Source of the DNA: Rubripirellula sp.
Lineage (GTDB): Bacteria; Planctomycetota; Planctomycetia; Pirellulales; Pirellulaceae
Length of the DNA: 64,000 nucleotides
NCBI GenBank assembly: GCA_965216875.1
Contig: OZ244207.1
Coordinates: forward strand, 6,272,001 to 6,336,000
Direction: 5' to 3'
The notes beneath the pieces were generated by a model, which worked only from the letters and a program-made list of their open reading frames with translations, did not search any database and was not told where the DNA came from. This document shows, in pieces, positions 29,545 through 39,828 of the stretch (position 1 is the stretch's first letter; the number at the start of each line of letters is the position of its first letter). The position numbers and the translations under genes were made by a program.

Positions 29545-32500
29545 ATGTTGAATTGGTTGTCTTATCCCTTCGATACCGAAGGATTCCCGCCACGTTGGCA
29601 TTGTGGCGAAGCCTGGCAGGAAGAGCCGTACATCGGATGGCTTCACATCATAAGTGATCTGGCGACGTTCGCCTCGTACTACGCAGTGCCTTGCGTCGTT
29701 GCTTGGTTTGTGATGGGAAAGCCCGAGCGCAAGTTCCCGCCGATCTTTTGGATCTTTTTCGGTCTGGTTTTTTTCTCTTGCGGTAGCGTCCACCTGATCG
29801 AAGCGGGGATCTTTTGGTGGCCGATGTACCGAATGTCGGCGATGCTCAAGCTCGTCACTGCCGTTGTATCGACCATAGGTGTGGTGGTGCTGGCGAGATC
29901 TTTGCCGCGCGCACTCGACTTAAAGACTCCCGAAGAGCTACAGGCCGAGATTGAAGAGCGGCGCGAAGCGGAAGCCAAGCTCGACTTTGAAAAGAACCTG
30001 CTTCACACGTTGATGAATCATCTTCCTGACGCGATCTATTTCAAAGATGCTGATGGAAAGTATTTGCGGGTCAGCCGAGCATTGGCGGACAAGTTGCAAC
30101 TCGATGACGTCGCCGCAGCAACCGGAAAATGCGAATCCGATTTCCTGCAGCCCGAGCTAGCGCAAAAGTTTGTCGAGAGTGACCGCAGGGTCATGATGAC
30201 TGGCGAAACCATCGAAGGTCAGGTTGAACGAGAACCGTGGCGGCGCGGCAATCAAGAACGATGGATCTCGACGACTCGCGTTCCCCTTCGTGATTCAAGC
30301 GGCGAACGTATTGGCACGTTTGGCATTTCTCATGATGTGACCAACATCAAGAACGCAGAAGAACGGCTGACGCGTCTGGCCCAGCAACTTGCACTTCCCC
30401 GTGACGGGGCATCCGAAAAACCGATGCCATTGCACCTGGCCAACTTTGGCCTGCGAGACATGATCTCGTGCGGCAGCGATATCCGCGGGATGGCGATCGG
30501 TCACGAAACACGGCGCGGACTTGATACAGCACTTTCGGAATACTTGTATCAACGCATGAAGGGCAGCGATCGGCAACCCGCGTTCGCATTGGTGCGTATG
30601 TTTCAATCAACCAAGTTTGGCGAGCTGGATGACGAACGCAAGGCCATTGCGACCCGGCTTGCTGGCGGCGCAGAACTCGACGACCAGACGCGGTGCCTGA
30701 CGTTGCAGGGAACGGCGGGGCTTGAGCCCGCGTGGAATGATCGCACGCGATCCAAGTCGCACCGAGTGATCCCGCTTCCCAGCGAGCAAGCGATCAACGA
30801 TCTACCAATGATCGCCCAGTTGCTACGTCAACTCGGATTCAACGTCGATGGTGTGCTTGAAGGACGTATTGAAGCTTCCAAGGACACACGAGCAAACGTC
30901 TTTCATATTGCCAAGGCCCGCGGCTGCGAGTTCATTCCGGATCAGGACGAATTTGTGATTCCGCACGGCATTGAATCGGTCGTTGGATTTGGTGACGTGT
31001 TGCCGAGCGGCGATTTCTTCGCCGTCATTTGTTTTTCGCGGATGCCGATCGATGCCCAGACGGCTGCACTGTTTTCTCACCTTTCCATCAGCACCAAGCT
31101 GGCCCTGCTCGCTCACGAACCGGCAGCCGAAAGAGTCGAGGCCCAGATCATTGCCGTCGATCAATTGATTCAGAATTACGAACATGTGGTGTGTCACCAA
31201 GAATCGAGCTTGCGAAACGCGATGGTCGAACTTGAACAGGCGCGTGATGTCGCCGATGAAGCGAACCGAGCGAAGAGCGAATTCTTGGCCAACATGAGCC
31301 ACGAAATCCGTACGCCAATGAACGCAATCATCGGGATGACCGAACTGGTACTCAGCAGTGATTTGCCCGATACCGAACGCGAATACTTGACGACAGTGCT
31401 TGAATCGAGCGAGTCGCTGCTAAACATCATCAACGAGATTCTCGATTTCTCGAAGATCGAAGCGGGTCGGGTAGAGTTGGATGAAGGCGAACATAACCTT
31501 CGAGATGAAGTCGCCGATATGGTCAAGTCGCTCGCCATTCGCGCGCATCGCAAACAGATCGAGCTGGCCTGCGAAATCGGCAACGATGTGCCCGATTGCG
31601 TTGTCGTTGATGCTGCAAAGTTACGACAGGTGATCCTGAATCTCGCCGGCAACGCGATCAAGTTCACCGAAGTTGGCGAAGTGGTTGTGTCGGTTCAATT
31701 GGAAGGTTTCGAAGGCGACCTGGCTCGGCTCAACTTTTGCGTCACCGATACCGGGATCGGCATCACCCCGCAGCAACAGGTGTCGATCTTCGACGCGTTT
31801 GCCCAGGGCGACGCTTCAACGACGCGACGCTTTGGCGGTACCGGATTGGGACTCTCCATCTCGGCCGATTTGGTTCGTCTGATGGGTGGCCAAATCGAAG
31901 TCAGTAGCCAAGTCGGAAGCGGAAGCACGTTTCGGTTTACGTTGCCACTAAGAGTCGGTGCGAAGAATCAAACTCCGGCGCATCCCGATGCCATCATCGA
32001 TTTGCCTGTGCTTGTCGTTGACGACAACGAAACAAATCGTCACATCCTCGAACAAATGATGTTGACCTGGAAATGCGCTCCCACCATGGCCAGCAGTGTC
32101 TCGTCGGCGATGGAGTTGCTTGAGCAAGCGCAGCGAGACGAAAAACCGTTCTCGTTGGTGGTGACTGACATTCATATGCCAGACCAAGATGGTTTCGATT
32201 TGATCGAGTTGATTCGTGGCAATGCCGATGTTTGCGAAACTCCGATCATCATTTTGACATCGGGTGTCGGGATCGACGACATGCAGCGAAGCCAACAACT
32301 GGCCGTCGCCGCTCACTTGATGAAGCCAGTCAAGCAGTCAGAGCTGTTAGACGCGATCTTGGTCACGATGGGCAACAAATCAGCCGAGTCATCGACGGCA
32401 GCGCGAAATATCTTGGCGAGTGGTCTCGGAACCGAGCGACTGAATTTGCTGTTGGTCGAGGATGGGCTTGCCAATCAGCAACTTGCGATAGGATTGTTGC

Positions 32501-33210
32501 GCCGCTGGGGGCACGATGTTGAGGTTGCCGAGAACGGTGCTGTTGCCGTTGAAAAGCACCGCAACGGCGAATACGACGCGATTCTGATGGACTTGCAAAT
32601 GCCCGTGATGGACGGGTTCGAAGCAACAAAATTGATCCGCGAAGCCGAAGATCGTGATCAGGTTGCCGCGATCCCAATCATTGCGATGACGGCACACGCG
32701 TTGGTTGGTGATCAAGAGCGATGTCTTGCGGCTGGAATGGATGGCTACGTTTCCAAGCCCATCCGCCAAAAGGACCTGTTTGATGCCCTCGCGGCTGTCG
32801 CTCCCATCGACCCCTTGCGATTGACGGGGATGAATCCGGCAGCGAAACCGGTTCAAGCAACAACGAACGAAGAGATGGGCGACCGAGTCGACATGAGTGC
32901 GGCGCTCGAAACGATGGACGGTGACCGCAGCATTCTCGACTCGGTCATCAACGCGTTCCTGCAAGAAGGCCCTAAGTTGTTGGATCAGCTGTTGGACGCG
33001 GCGCAAGAAAAAGACTTCAAGCGATTGCGTCGGTCAGCTCATACCTTGAAAGGCAACTACATGATCTTGAAGCAAGAGAACATGCGGAGTCTTGCAGAGA
33101 AGGTCGAAAAGAATGCGGCCGACGAAAAAGTGGAAACCGATCTGGTCGATCAATTGCACGCTCGATCGAAATCGGTGATGCAACAACTCAAAGCGTTCTT
33201 GGATGGGTAA
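29545..33210 (+). CDS. Hybrid sensor histidine kinase: ETR1-like TM domain - PAS - GAF-like - HisKA - HATPase - 2xREC - Hpt
   Basis: [14 protein letters not shown] (H box), [28 protein letters not shown] domains (VTDIHMP; LMDLQMP) and Hpt AHTLKG. Confidence 0.93.
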   Translation: MLNWLSYPFDTEGFPPRWHCGEAWQEEPYIGWLHIISDLATFASYYAVPCVVAWFVMGKPERKFPPIFWIFFGLVFFSCGSVHLIEAGIFWWPMYRMSAMLKLVTAVVSTIGVVVLARSLPRALDLKTPEELQAEIEERREAEAKLDFEKNLLHTLMNHLPDAIYFKDADGKYLRVSRALADKLQLDDVAAATGKCESDFLQPELAQKFVESDRRVMMTGETIEGQVEREPWRRGNQERWISTTRVPLRDSSGERIGTFGISHDVTNIKNAEERLTRLAQQLALPRDGASEKPMPLHLANFGLRDMISCGSDIRGMAIGHETRRGLDTALSEYLYQRMKGSDRQPAFALVRMFQSTKFGELDDERKAIATRLAGGAELDDQTRCLTLQGTAGLEPAWNDRTRSKSHRVIPLPSEQAINDLPMIAQLLRQLGFNVDGVLEGRIEASKDTRANVFHIAKARGCEFIPDQDEFVIPHGIESVVGFGDVLPSGDFFAVICFSRMPIDAQTAALFSHLSISTKLALLAHEPAAERVEAQIIAVDQLIQNYEHVVCHQESSLRNAMVELEQARDVADEANRAKSEFLANMSHEIRTPMNAIIGMTELVLSSDLPDTEREYLTTVLESSESLLNIINEILDFSKIEAGRVELDEGEHNLRDEVADMVKSLAIRAHRKQIELACEIGNDVPDCVVVDAAKLRQVILNLAGNAIKFTEVGEVVVSVQLEGFEGDLARLNFCVTDTGIGITPQQQVSIFDAFAQGDASTTRRFGGTGLGLSISADLVRLMGGQIEVSSQVGSGSTFRFTLPLRVGAKNQTPAHPDAIIDLPVLVVDDNETNRHILEQMMLTWKCAPTMASSVSSAMELLEQAQRDEKPFSLVVTDIHMPDQDGFDLIELIRGNADVCETPIIILTSGVGIDDMQRSQQLAVAAHLMKPVKQSELLDAILVTMGNKSAESSTAARNILASGLGTERLNLLLVEDGLANQQLAIGLLRRWGHDVEVAENGAVAVEKHRNGEYDAILMDLQMPVMDGFEATKLIREAEDRDQVAAIPIIAMTAHALVGDQERCLAAGMDGYVSKPIRQKDLFDALAAVAPIDPLRLTGMNPAAKPVQATTNEEMGDRVDMSAALETMDGDRSILDSVINAFLQEGPKLLDQLLDAAQEKDFKRLRRSAHTLKGNYMILKQENMRSLAEKVEKNAADEKVETDLVDQLHARSKSVMQQLKAFLDG

Positions 33211-33216
33211 CGCACC

Positions 33217-33279
33217 GTTTGTAGTCCCGCCTTCAGGCGGAGCGCGTGAAGATTTCGGCTAAAGCTCGGTACGACGAAC
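33217..33279 (+). repeat. REPIN-like element family B, copy 3
   Basis: gtttgtagtcccgccttcaggcgg...aagatttcggctaaagctcggtacgacgaac. Confidence 0.8.
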
Positions 33280-33321
33280 AGCCAGCGCGTCGGCTCACAA
33301 AAGCCATGCCGCACGCGGGAC

Positions 33322-34275
33322 CTAAAGCTCGAGCGCGGCCGCGACGACCGCTTTGGATTTCTCCAAGCCCTCGACACACACTTCCAACGCATCACGTTGC
33401 CAATAGTCGCGGTTGAACAGTTCCAGCGAGAAAGCACCCGCAAACCCGCTGTCGATCAATCCACGGATCAGTTGCGGTAAGGGGCAATCGCCGTCGCCGG
33501 GAAAGACGCGGTCAGCGTCGCCGATTTTGTCCAGCGGGATGTCGCCGGGATAATCGTTCATGTGAAAGCAATGCATGCGGGATGCTTCGATCATTCCCAA
33601 CGATGCAAAGTCATTGCCGCCTTTGTAAATGTGATAGAAATCCGGCAAGACGCAGGCGCTCGGGTGTGCTGCGCCCGTTGCAACAAATGCGAGTTCGCTG
33701 AGCTTGCTCAGTGTGGGCGAGAATCCCCACAGTTCGAGTTGGGGAATCACACCTGTTTCGTCGCCGACTTCAAGCAGCGCACGATACCTCTGGGCGATGG
33801 CTGGCAGCGGTGGCGAAACGCTATCGCCGCGATGCGCACCGACCGGCGGCGCGGCCATCAAGGTTCCGCCGATCGCTTTGACCAATTCCATGTCATGACG
33901 AGCCTGCTTGAGACCCTTGGCACGTTCCCCATCGTCGTCGCTGATCCAATTTGCGAAGCCGATGGCGCTGTCCACCGTTAGCCCAGAGTCTGCGATTTGC
34001 TTTTTCAAGTCGGCAAGTTTGCCACCCTTGTTGACGTAGGCTTCGATGTCGCGAATCCAAGGCTCGATCCCGTCATAGCCTGCTTTGGCAGCGACTTCGA
34101 TTTGTTTGTCGATCGTCAATTCCTGGCCGCGAATCGTACTGGTGTTCAGGGCAAAGCGGACAGGCATTGAGGGGTCTTTCATCGGTGTGGCGGCTTGGAG
34201 TGGAAGTGAAGGAAGGGATGCTGCCGCGGTCATTGCGGAGGCGGCAACCAATAGGTCGCGACGGTCAAGCTTCAT
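33322..34275 (-). CDS. Tat-exported sugar phosphate isomerase/epimerase (AP-endonuclease-2 TIM barrel)
   Basis: DRRDLL Tat motif, AGYDGIEPW, DFYH, HMND, DRVFPGDG and SLELFN. Confidence 0.85.
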   Translation of the reverse strand: MKLDRRDLLVAASAMTAAASLPSLPLQAATPMKDPSMPVRFALNTSTIRGQELTIDKQIEVAAKAGYDGIEPWIRDIEAYVNKGGKLADLKKQIADSGLTVDSAIGFANWISDDDGERAKGLKQARHDMELVKAIGGTLMAAPPVGAHRGDSVSPPLPAIAQRYRALLEVGDETGVIPQLELWGFSPTLSKLSELAFVATGAAHPSACVLPDFYHIYKGGNDFASLGMIEASRMHCFHMNDYPGDIPLDKIGDADRVFPGDGDCPLPQLIRGLIDSGFAGAFSLELFNRDYWQRDALEVCVEGLEKSKAVVAAALEL

Positions 34276-34421
34276 CGTTGATCGGTCTCGAGGCGGGGAT
34301 CGGCAAAGGAAGGACCACCAGATTAGCAAGAATGATCCAGCACGCCGAACGGTCGAGAAAGAAATCGACGAAATTACGCCGGCTACCGCCTTGCCGCTTA
34401 CCGGTGGGTTTTTCAGTGACC

Positions 34422-34500
34422 GTAGCTACGCTCGCCAGAGCGTGGTGAAAGTGGAAAGCGGTCAACGATTAGAAAATCACCTTCTAGCGAAGGTAGCAAC
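34422..34500. repeat. REPIN-like inverted pair, family C
   Basis: gtagctacgctcgccagagcgtgg ... caccttctagcgaaggtagcaac; two GTAG-footed hairpins in inverted orientation. Confidence 0.75.
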
Positions 34501-34512
34501 TGGCTGTGACTG

Positions 34513-35070
34513 CTACCGAGTCAACGATGTCATCCGCACGGCCTGCGTCGCCGCGGCACCAAAGAGCCGCTCGAATTCCTTGACCGCAATTTCTCGAAGG
34601 CCGGTAGGAAGAATCCCGATCGCCATTCGGTAGGTATCGAAAGAGTCCCCTTTTTTCCCTTCGAGGTACAACTTTCGCGCGTGTCGAACGAGCGCCTTGC
34701 CCTCTTCGGTTGGCGATACCCGTTTTCTCGTTTGCTTGCCCGCGATCAGCTCCTCTTTGCTCATGCCAAGAAGCTGACGGTCAATTGCGTTGTGATCAAT
34801 GATCGTGGCGTGGACCGAGGCACCTGAACGGCCGAGCGATGAACCAAAACCGCGGCTGAGTCCACGACGATTCATCCCGGTGGCGGACCGATTGACGCCG
34901 CCCAGGTAGGTGCTTCCACCAGCAGGTACGACGACTGTCCCGTTGTACGAGAAGGATGAAAACGATGGCAATTGTACCGTCGTTGGAAGCTGAGCCAACG
35001 CCGACTTGGCATCAGCCAGACAAACGCAAAACGCAAAGAGCGCGATCAAAGTCCACCCGTGCCGTCGCAT
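34513..35070 (-). CDS. Secreted hypothetical protein with a secretin-like peptide segment
   Basis: Signal peptide; TTVQLPSFSSFSYNGTVVVPAGGSTYLGGV; TGATG overlap with the msrA stop. Confidence 0.55.
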   Translation of the reverse strand: MRRHGWTLIALFAFCVCLADAKSALAQLPTTVQLPSFSSFSYNGTVVVPAGGSTYLGGVNRSATGMNRRGLSRGFGSSLGRSGASVHATIIDHNAIDRQLLGMSKEELIAGKQTRKRVSPTEEGKALVRHARKLYLEGKKGDSFDTYRMAIGILPTGLREIAVKEFERLFGAAATQAVRMTSLTR

Positions 35071-35801
35071 CACTTCTCTCCAGGTTTCTTGATTTTGTCG
35101 CCGAAGTTCCGATTGAACTTTCGAACCTTGTTACGAACGACAACTTGGCAATAACCAGCGTTTGGATTTCGACGGTAGTAATCTTGGTGGTAAGCTTCGG
35201 CTGGATAAAACTTGGTTGCCTTTTCAAGCTTGGTCACGATGGGTTGATTGAACTCACCTGAAGCGTCCAGCTTCTTGATGTATTTTTCAGCAGCTTCTTT
35301 TTGCTCGTCGTCGTGATAGAAGATCGAGCTGCGGTATTGAGGACCCTCGTCGTTTCCTTGACGATTGAGCGTGGTGGGGTCGTGTGTCTTGAAAAAGACT
35401 TCCATCAACTCGTCATAGGTCGTCACCGAAGGATCGTAGTAGATCTCGCAACCCTCGGCGTGGCCGGTGGTCTTGCGACAAACTTCTTCGTAGGTTGGGT
35501 TTTCGACGTGCCCACCGATGTAGCCCGAGATGACATCGTTGACGCCTTGCATTCGTTCGAAGACGGCTTCGGTACACCAGAAACAGCCGCCGGCGAAGGT
35601 CGCGACCTTTTCTTTCGATTCGGTGTTCTCTTCGCTTGTTGACTCAGATTCAGCGGGTTGATCTGACACCAATGGGGCTCCTGGGTTGGCGGACTCGGCT
35701 GTGGTGTCGATGCTTAGTAGGAAACCGCCGACCAACAGACCGAGCAAGGATGCGAGAACCAAAAATGTTCGTGTGGCCGGTAGATGATTGGGCGAAGACA
35801 T
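35070..35801 (-). CDS. msrA: Peptide methionine (S)-S-oxide reductase, exported or anchored
   Basis: FAGGCFWCTE, HDPTTLNRQGND.GPQYRS and AEAYHQDYY. Confidence 0.95.
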   Translation of the reverse strand: MSSPNHLPATRTFLVLASLLGLLVGGFLLSIDTTAESANPGAPLVSDQPAESESTSEENTESKEKVATFAGGCFWCTEAVFERMQGVNDVISGYIGGHVENPTYEEVCRKTTGHAEGCEIYYDPSVTTYDELMEVFFKTHDPTTLNRQGNDEGPQYRSSIFYHDDEQKEAAEKYIKKLDASGEFNQPIVTKLEKATKFYPAEAYHQDYYRRNPNAGYCQVVVRNKVRKFNRNFGDKIKKPGEK

Positions 35802-36047
35802 CTCAGACTTTAGGCTCCGGTACAGTTCGGTTAAGAAACGCGGTGCATGATTTCATGATACGCGTGGACTTCCATGATATGCATGAAAGTCCGTGTTTTG
35901 TCCATTCCTTTTTGCGTTGTTTGACCCGGCTGCGTTCTTTTGAGGCCGGATGACACTGCTGAGGGCCCTCGGTCGGGCATCGAATCTGGCTGAAGGAACA
36001 CCCTGATTTTGAGCTTTGGCATCGTATCAAAGCGTCCACCACCGATC

Positions 36048-36482
36048 ATGAATGACTTTTTTGACCGTCACCACGTCGTCGGGGATGACGAAATCGATGC
36101 CCAGAACCATGTTCACAATTTGCGGTATTTGCAGTGGACGCTTTGGGCCGCGGGTGACCACACCCGCCAATTGGGTTGGGATTCAAAGGCTGAATTGGAA
36201 CGCGGATTTGGGTGGGTCGTTCGCAGCCACGACGTGACCTATCGTGCCGCGGCGTTGGCAGGCGACCAGATCGTCGTCAGGACTTGGGTGTCGGAGATCG
36301 CAAAATTTGCGTCGCGGCGAAAATATGTCGTTTGTCGGCCAGCAGACAAAACGATTCTGGCGCGGGTCGAAACGCGGTGGGTGTACGTCGACCTGAATGC
36401 TCATAAAGTGGTTGCCATTCCCAAGGATGCTCTCGAGCAGCTTGTGATCCCTTGCCAAACTCCGCCGTTGCCCTGGGAGTAG
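36048..36482 (+). CDS. Acyl-CoA thioesterase (hotdog, YbgC/FadM-like)
   Basis: EIDAQNHVHNLRYL and WVVRSH..TY. Confidence 0.8.
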   Translation: MNDFFDRHHVVGDDEIDAQNHVHNLRYLQWTLWAAGDHTRQLGWDSKAELERGFGWVVRSHDVTYRAAALAGDQIVVRTWVSEIAKFASRRKYVVCRPADKTILARVETRWVYVDLNAHKVVAIPKDALEQLVIPCQTPPLPWE

Positions 36483-36486
36483 ACCG

Positions 36487-36963
36487 TTGTCCAAAGGCCC
36501 CGTATCCAATGGCCCCGACCAAACTGGAGATACCTCGGACCTACCAGGTCGATACGAGCGGTGGTTGATCTTGCTGCTGCGCGGCGTCGCGGTGATCACT
36601 TGGCTTGCTTTCCTTGCCGCCGTGATGCCCGAAAAGTGGATCGTAGAAATCTCGGAAGAGCTTGGCTTTGATCCCTTTCCTCATTCGCCACTCACCTTTT
36701 ATCTCGCTCGCAACCTGTCGCTGTTGTACGGAATGGTTGGTGCAGGTTTATGGCTTATCACGTTTGACTTTGATCGCTACCAACCGCTGATCAAGTATTT
36801 CGCACTCGGCACCATTGCTTTCGGAGCATTGCAGTTGGTGGTTGACTTTCAAGCGTCGATGCCCATTTGGTGGACGCTTGGTGAATCGGTCTCCACCATG
36901 TTAGGCGGCATGCTTGTTGGATGGCTGGACCGCAAAGTCTGTTGGGAACGCGCAAACGCTTGA
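36487..36963 (+). CDS. Hypothetical membrane protein
   Basis: About four hydrophobic segments; co-directional with the thioesterase; start uncertain. Confidence 0.6.
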   Translation: MSKGPVSNGPDQTGDTSDLPGRYERWLILLLRGVAVITWLAFLAAVMPEKWIVEISEELGFDPFPHSPLTFYLARNLSLLYGMVGAGLWLITFDFDRYQPLIKYFALGTIAFGALQLVVDFQASMPIWWTLGESVSTMLGGMLVGWLDRKVCWERANA

Positions 36964-36968
36964 GTTTG

Positions 36969-37598
36969 TTAAAAAACCAGATTCTGGATGCGATCGATCG
37001 ACCATTGCGTTTGATCGATCGAGCGAAGCGGCGGAATTCGACTCAGGTAGGTGTCAGGTAAGCCCTTATCCTGCAGGAATCGTTTGGTCGCATCCATTTC
37101 GCGGTCCCGAAAGGATTCGGCTTGTTGATAGATCCGAACACCAAGGATCGAATCCGCGAGGCGAGTGATCACGCGGCGCCATTGTTCGGCGTCTTGGTTG
37201 TTCGCATCGATCGGTGCTGGTCGATGTTGTTGCGAAGCAAACGCCGCGCAAACGCTCTCGCGCCAACTCATCGGATCTGAAGGCGAATCGAACCGTTCCG
37301 CAATTTCTTCTTCGACCAAGCGATCGACTTCGAAAAAGGTGGCATCGACGGCGGCATCGAAGATGGCCGCTGGTTCTGGTGGCAGTTTGGGTGTCAATAA
37401 AGCGGCGGTCGCTTCATCGAGCAACCAGAGTCGTTGTCGCCAATCCCACTGGTCGTACCAGTCGATGCCATAGGTGATCGGTTCGTCGTCTTCGCGGCCT
37501 TCACGCACAAGGGCGTCAACCATCACGCCCACAGCTCCCTTGACGAGGGCTGCTTCCCTTCCGACGAGGACTCGATTTCCGGTACAGGTTGACCACAT
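36969..37598 (-). CDS. Conserved hypothetical protein
   Basis: Trp-rich acidic helical ORF that fills the gap between genes. Confidence 0.55.
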   Translation of the reverse strand: MWSTCTGNRVLVGREAALVKGAVGVMVDALVREGREDDEPITYGIDWYDQWDWRQRLWLLDEATAALLTPKLPPEPAAIFDAAVDATFFEVDRLVEEEIAERFDSPSDPMSWRESVCAAFASQQHRPAPIDANNQDAEQWRRVITRLADSILGVRIYQQAESFRDREMDATKRFLQDKGLPDTYLSRIPPLRSIDQTQWSIDRIQNLVF

Positions 37599-37744
37599 GT
37601 GTCCAGTTTGAACCAAACACTCGCCAAGGTGAACAGGAGGTCATCGTGGACGTGCGCGAACTCGTTGCTTTCCATGGTTGCGCATAAACTTGGTACTTAC
37701 ACCATGCGGAACTTCTTCGTCGCGTTTTCATTGTGGGGACACCA

Positions 37745-39241
37745 ATGAGCTTACGCCTCTTTTTGGCAGCCTTTTCGATTCTGGGTTTGGCCACAAGTTG
37801 CCTCGGACAGGGCAACGCAACGTCAAGCAAGTTGGTGACATCCAAACAGCTCAAGGACTGGGAAGTCGAGCCCAACGTTGTACTTGGTCGCGAGCTGGTG
37901 TTGTTGACCAAGGTGATCGACGACGCCAAACGCGCTGAAAGCGAAGCGACGCAATTGCGGACGGAGATCGCAATCATTTCGTCCAACGTCGTTGTGCCCT
38001 CAGGGCTTTACGGTTCGCAGTATTCACAGAATCAAGCGGACACGCTCACCTCGCTCGAGTCAGATGCAAATCGGATCGCATCGTACGGCCAAGGAATCGA
38101 CGATCGGATTCGGCAAGTCAAAGAATGGCTTTCGGAGGCCTCCGAGGAAAACGCTGACGCCGAAGTACCCACAAAAATCCTCGGCGACTTAAACGCAATT
38201 CAAACGCAAATCGATCACGATCGCGCTGCGATTGCCCAGCATTCTGAGCGGCTGGACCGGATTCAGTTGGTGCTGATGGTTCGTGACGAGACCCTCAACG
38301 CAAGCCAACAGCGTCTCGATCTCTTGAAGAGCAGTTCCATCGAAACGATGCCTCCCAGTCAGCCCATGGGATTTGGAGGCGGCGGCTTCGGCGAAAACTT
38401 GATGCGACCGACTGGGGCATCGAATCAGTCGACCGCAACACGTACAGACGCGCTTGAAACGGTGGCTCAACTCGAATCAGAATCGCAGACGCTCGCGGTT
38501 GAGGCTGCGGAACTGGTCAACAATCATGCTCGCGTGATTAGTTTTTGGAAAGCGACCACGGAGCGCGCCGTCGCGATGCTTCAGGAATTGGACGGTGTCC
38601 AAGCAGAAATTGCTGAGAGTCTCGCACAGTTGCAGACGCAAAAAGAGCAGGTTGAAAACGCGTTGTCCAAACGCGATGCCGACTTGGTTCAATTCGAGAT
38701 CAACAAGATGCTCGTCTGGGCCGTCTACGGAATGATCGTGACCATCATCGCCCTGTTCGTGCTGCTGAAGTATTTTCCGACTTCGCTGACCGACTTGATC
38801 GTTGAACAACGCGTCGTGGTGGAAGTCCTCAGTATGGGATTCTTGCTGGTCACCGTCATCATCTTAGGATCCGCCAAGTTGATTCAAGGCGAAGGTCTCG
38901 CGGGGTTGCTTGGCACGATCGCAGGCTACATCTTTGCCAAGAAGACATCTGATCTGATGTCGGGCGACAAACCTGGATCGACCGAATCACTTGAACGTCG
39001 GTTGATGCAAAGCCAACTCGAGCTGGCCGAACTCAATGACAAACTTGACGCCTACAAGGCTCAAGTCGGTTCGAAACCAACGCCGGGTCAGCAACAGACG
39101 CTCGAGAAGCTCCAACGCCAAGTCCGGCTTGCAGCTAGCCGAAGAGATACGTTCCGTGAAGCGCTTGCGCGAGAAGGCAGGTCGACGCCACCAGCTGCGA
39201 TGCCCGAAAGCGAGACGAATCCAAAGCCAGATAAGAAATAG
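37745..39241 (+). CDS. Signal peptide + long coiled-coil + C-terminal TM hypothetical protein
   Basis: Heptad-rich Q/E/L segments; TM block ending GLLGTIAGYIFAK. Confidence 0.65.
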   Translation: MSLRLFLAAFSILGLATSCLGQGNATSSKLVTSKQLKDWEVEPNVVLGRELVLLTKVIDDAKRAESEATQLRTEIAIISSNVVVPSGLYGSQYSQNQADTLTSLESDANRIASYGQGIDDRIRQVKEWLSEASEENADAEVPTKILGDLNAIQTQIDHDRAAIAQHSERLDRIQLVLMVRDETLNASQQRLDLLKSSSIETMPPSQPMGFGGGGFGENLMRPTGASNQSTATRTDALETVAQLESESQTLAVEAAELVNNHARVISFWKATTERAVAMLQELDGVQAEIAESLAQLQTQKEQVENALSKRDADLVQFEINKMLVWAVYGMIVTIIALFVLLKYFPTSLTDLIVEQRVVVEVLSMGFLLVTVIILGSAKLIQGEGLAGLLGTIAGYIFAKKTSDLMSGDKPGSTESLERRLMQSQLELAELNDKLDAYKAQVGSKPTPGQQQTLEKLQRQVRLAASRRDTFREALAREGRSTPPAAMPESETNPKPDKK

Positions 39242-39252
39242 ATGGGGCCAGC

Positions 39253-39828
39253 TTAGTTGAGCATGCCTTTGACATCTTTTAGCAGTGTCGCGACATCGAT
39301 TTTGTCAGCATCAAAGCAGTGCGTTGCAACGACCTGGCTGTCTTTGGCAACCACAATCGAAACTTCAACGGCTTCGGGCAACTTGTAATTGACCGGGCCT
39401 GTTTTGTTTTCTTTTGCAACAACGAATGGAACTTTCTTTGCCCCCGACGCTTCTGCGATCTTTTTGGCGTCTTCACGCAGGACAGCGGCATCTTCGCCCA
39501 TCAACGTCATCAGCCCGCGAAGTTTGTAGTCTTCGTTTGCAGCAACTGCCGAGTCGAGCTGTTTGACAAGCTCGGGCACTTTGCCGCCGGTGTTTCGCGC
39601 GAACACCATGACCATCGGGCTGGAACCATATCGACATCGATAACAAAGATCATCACCCGGTTGAACGCCATCGTCTTCTGCGCCTGCGACCTTGGTAACG
39701 TAAAACGCACCGATTGCTTCGCCGGTCTTTAATCCGACTTGCGAGTCGTCAGCGACAAGGACCGTGCAAGTCATGGCAAAGGTCAATGCGCTACAGAACA
39801 AAACTCGGCTCAATACCAACCGTGACAT
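39253..39828 (-). CDS. Secreted hypothetical protein with CxxC (thioredoxin-like fold inferred)
   Basis: Signal peptide; LCYRCRYG followed by PMVMVFAR. Confidence 0.55.
   Translation of the reverse strand: MSRLVLSRVLFCSALTFAMTCTVLVADDSQVGLKTGEAIGAFYVTKVAGAEDDGVQPGDDLCYRCRYGSSPMVMVFARNTGGKVPELVKQLDSAVAANEDYKLRGLMTLMGEDAAVLREDAKKIAEASGAKKVPFVVAKENKTGPVNYKLPEAVEVSIVVAKDSQVVATHCFDADKIDVATLLKDVKGMLN

Noticed and set aside
29479..29793. Apparent head-to-head overlap of the DUF1853 ORF with the kinase
   Set aside because: Artefact of longest-ORF calling; ATG 29478 gives a normal-length protein and a 66-bp divergent gap.
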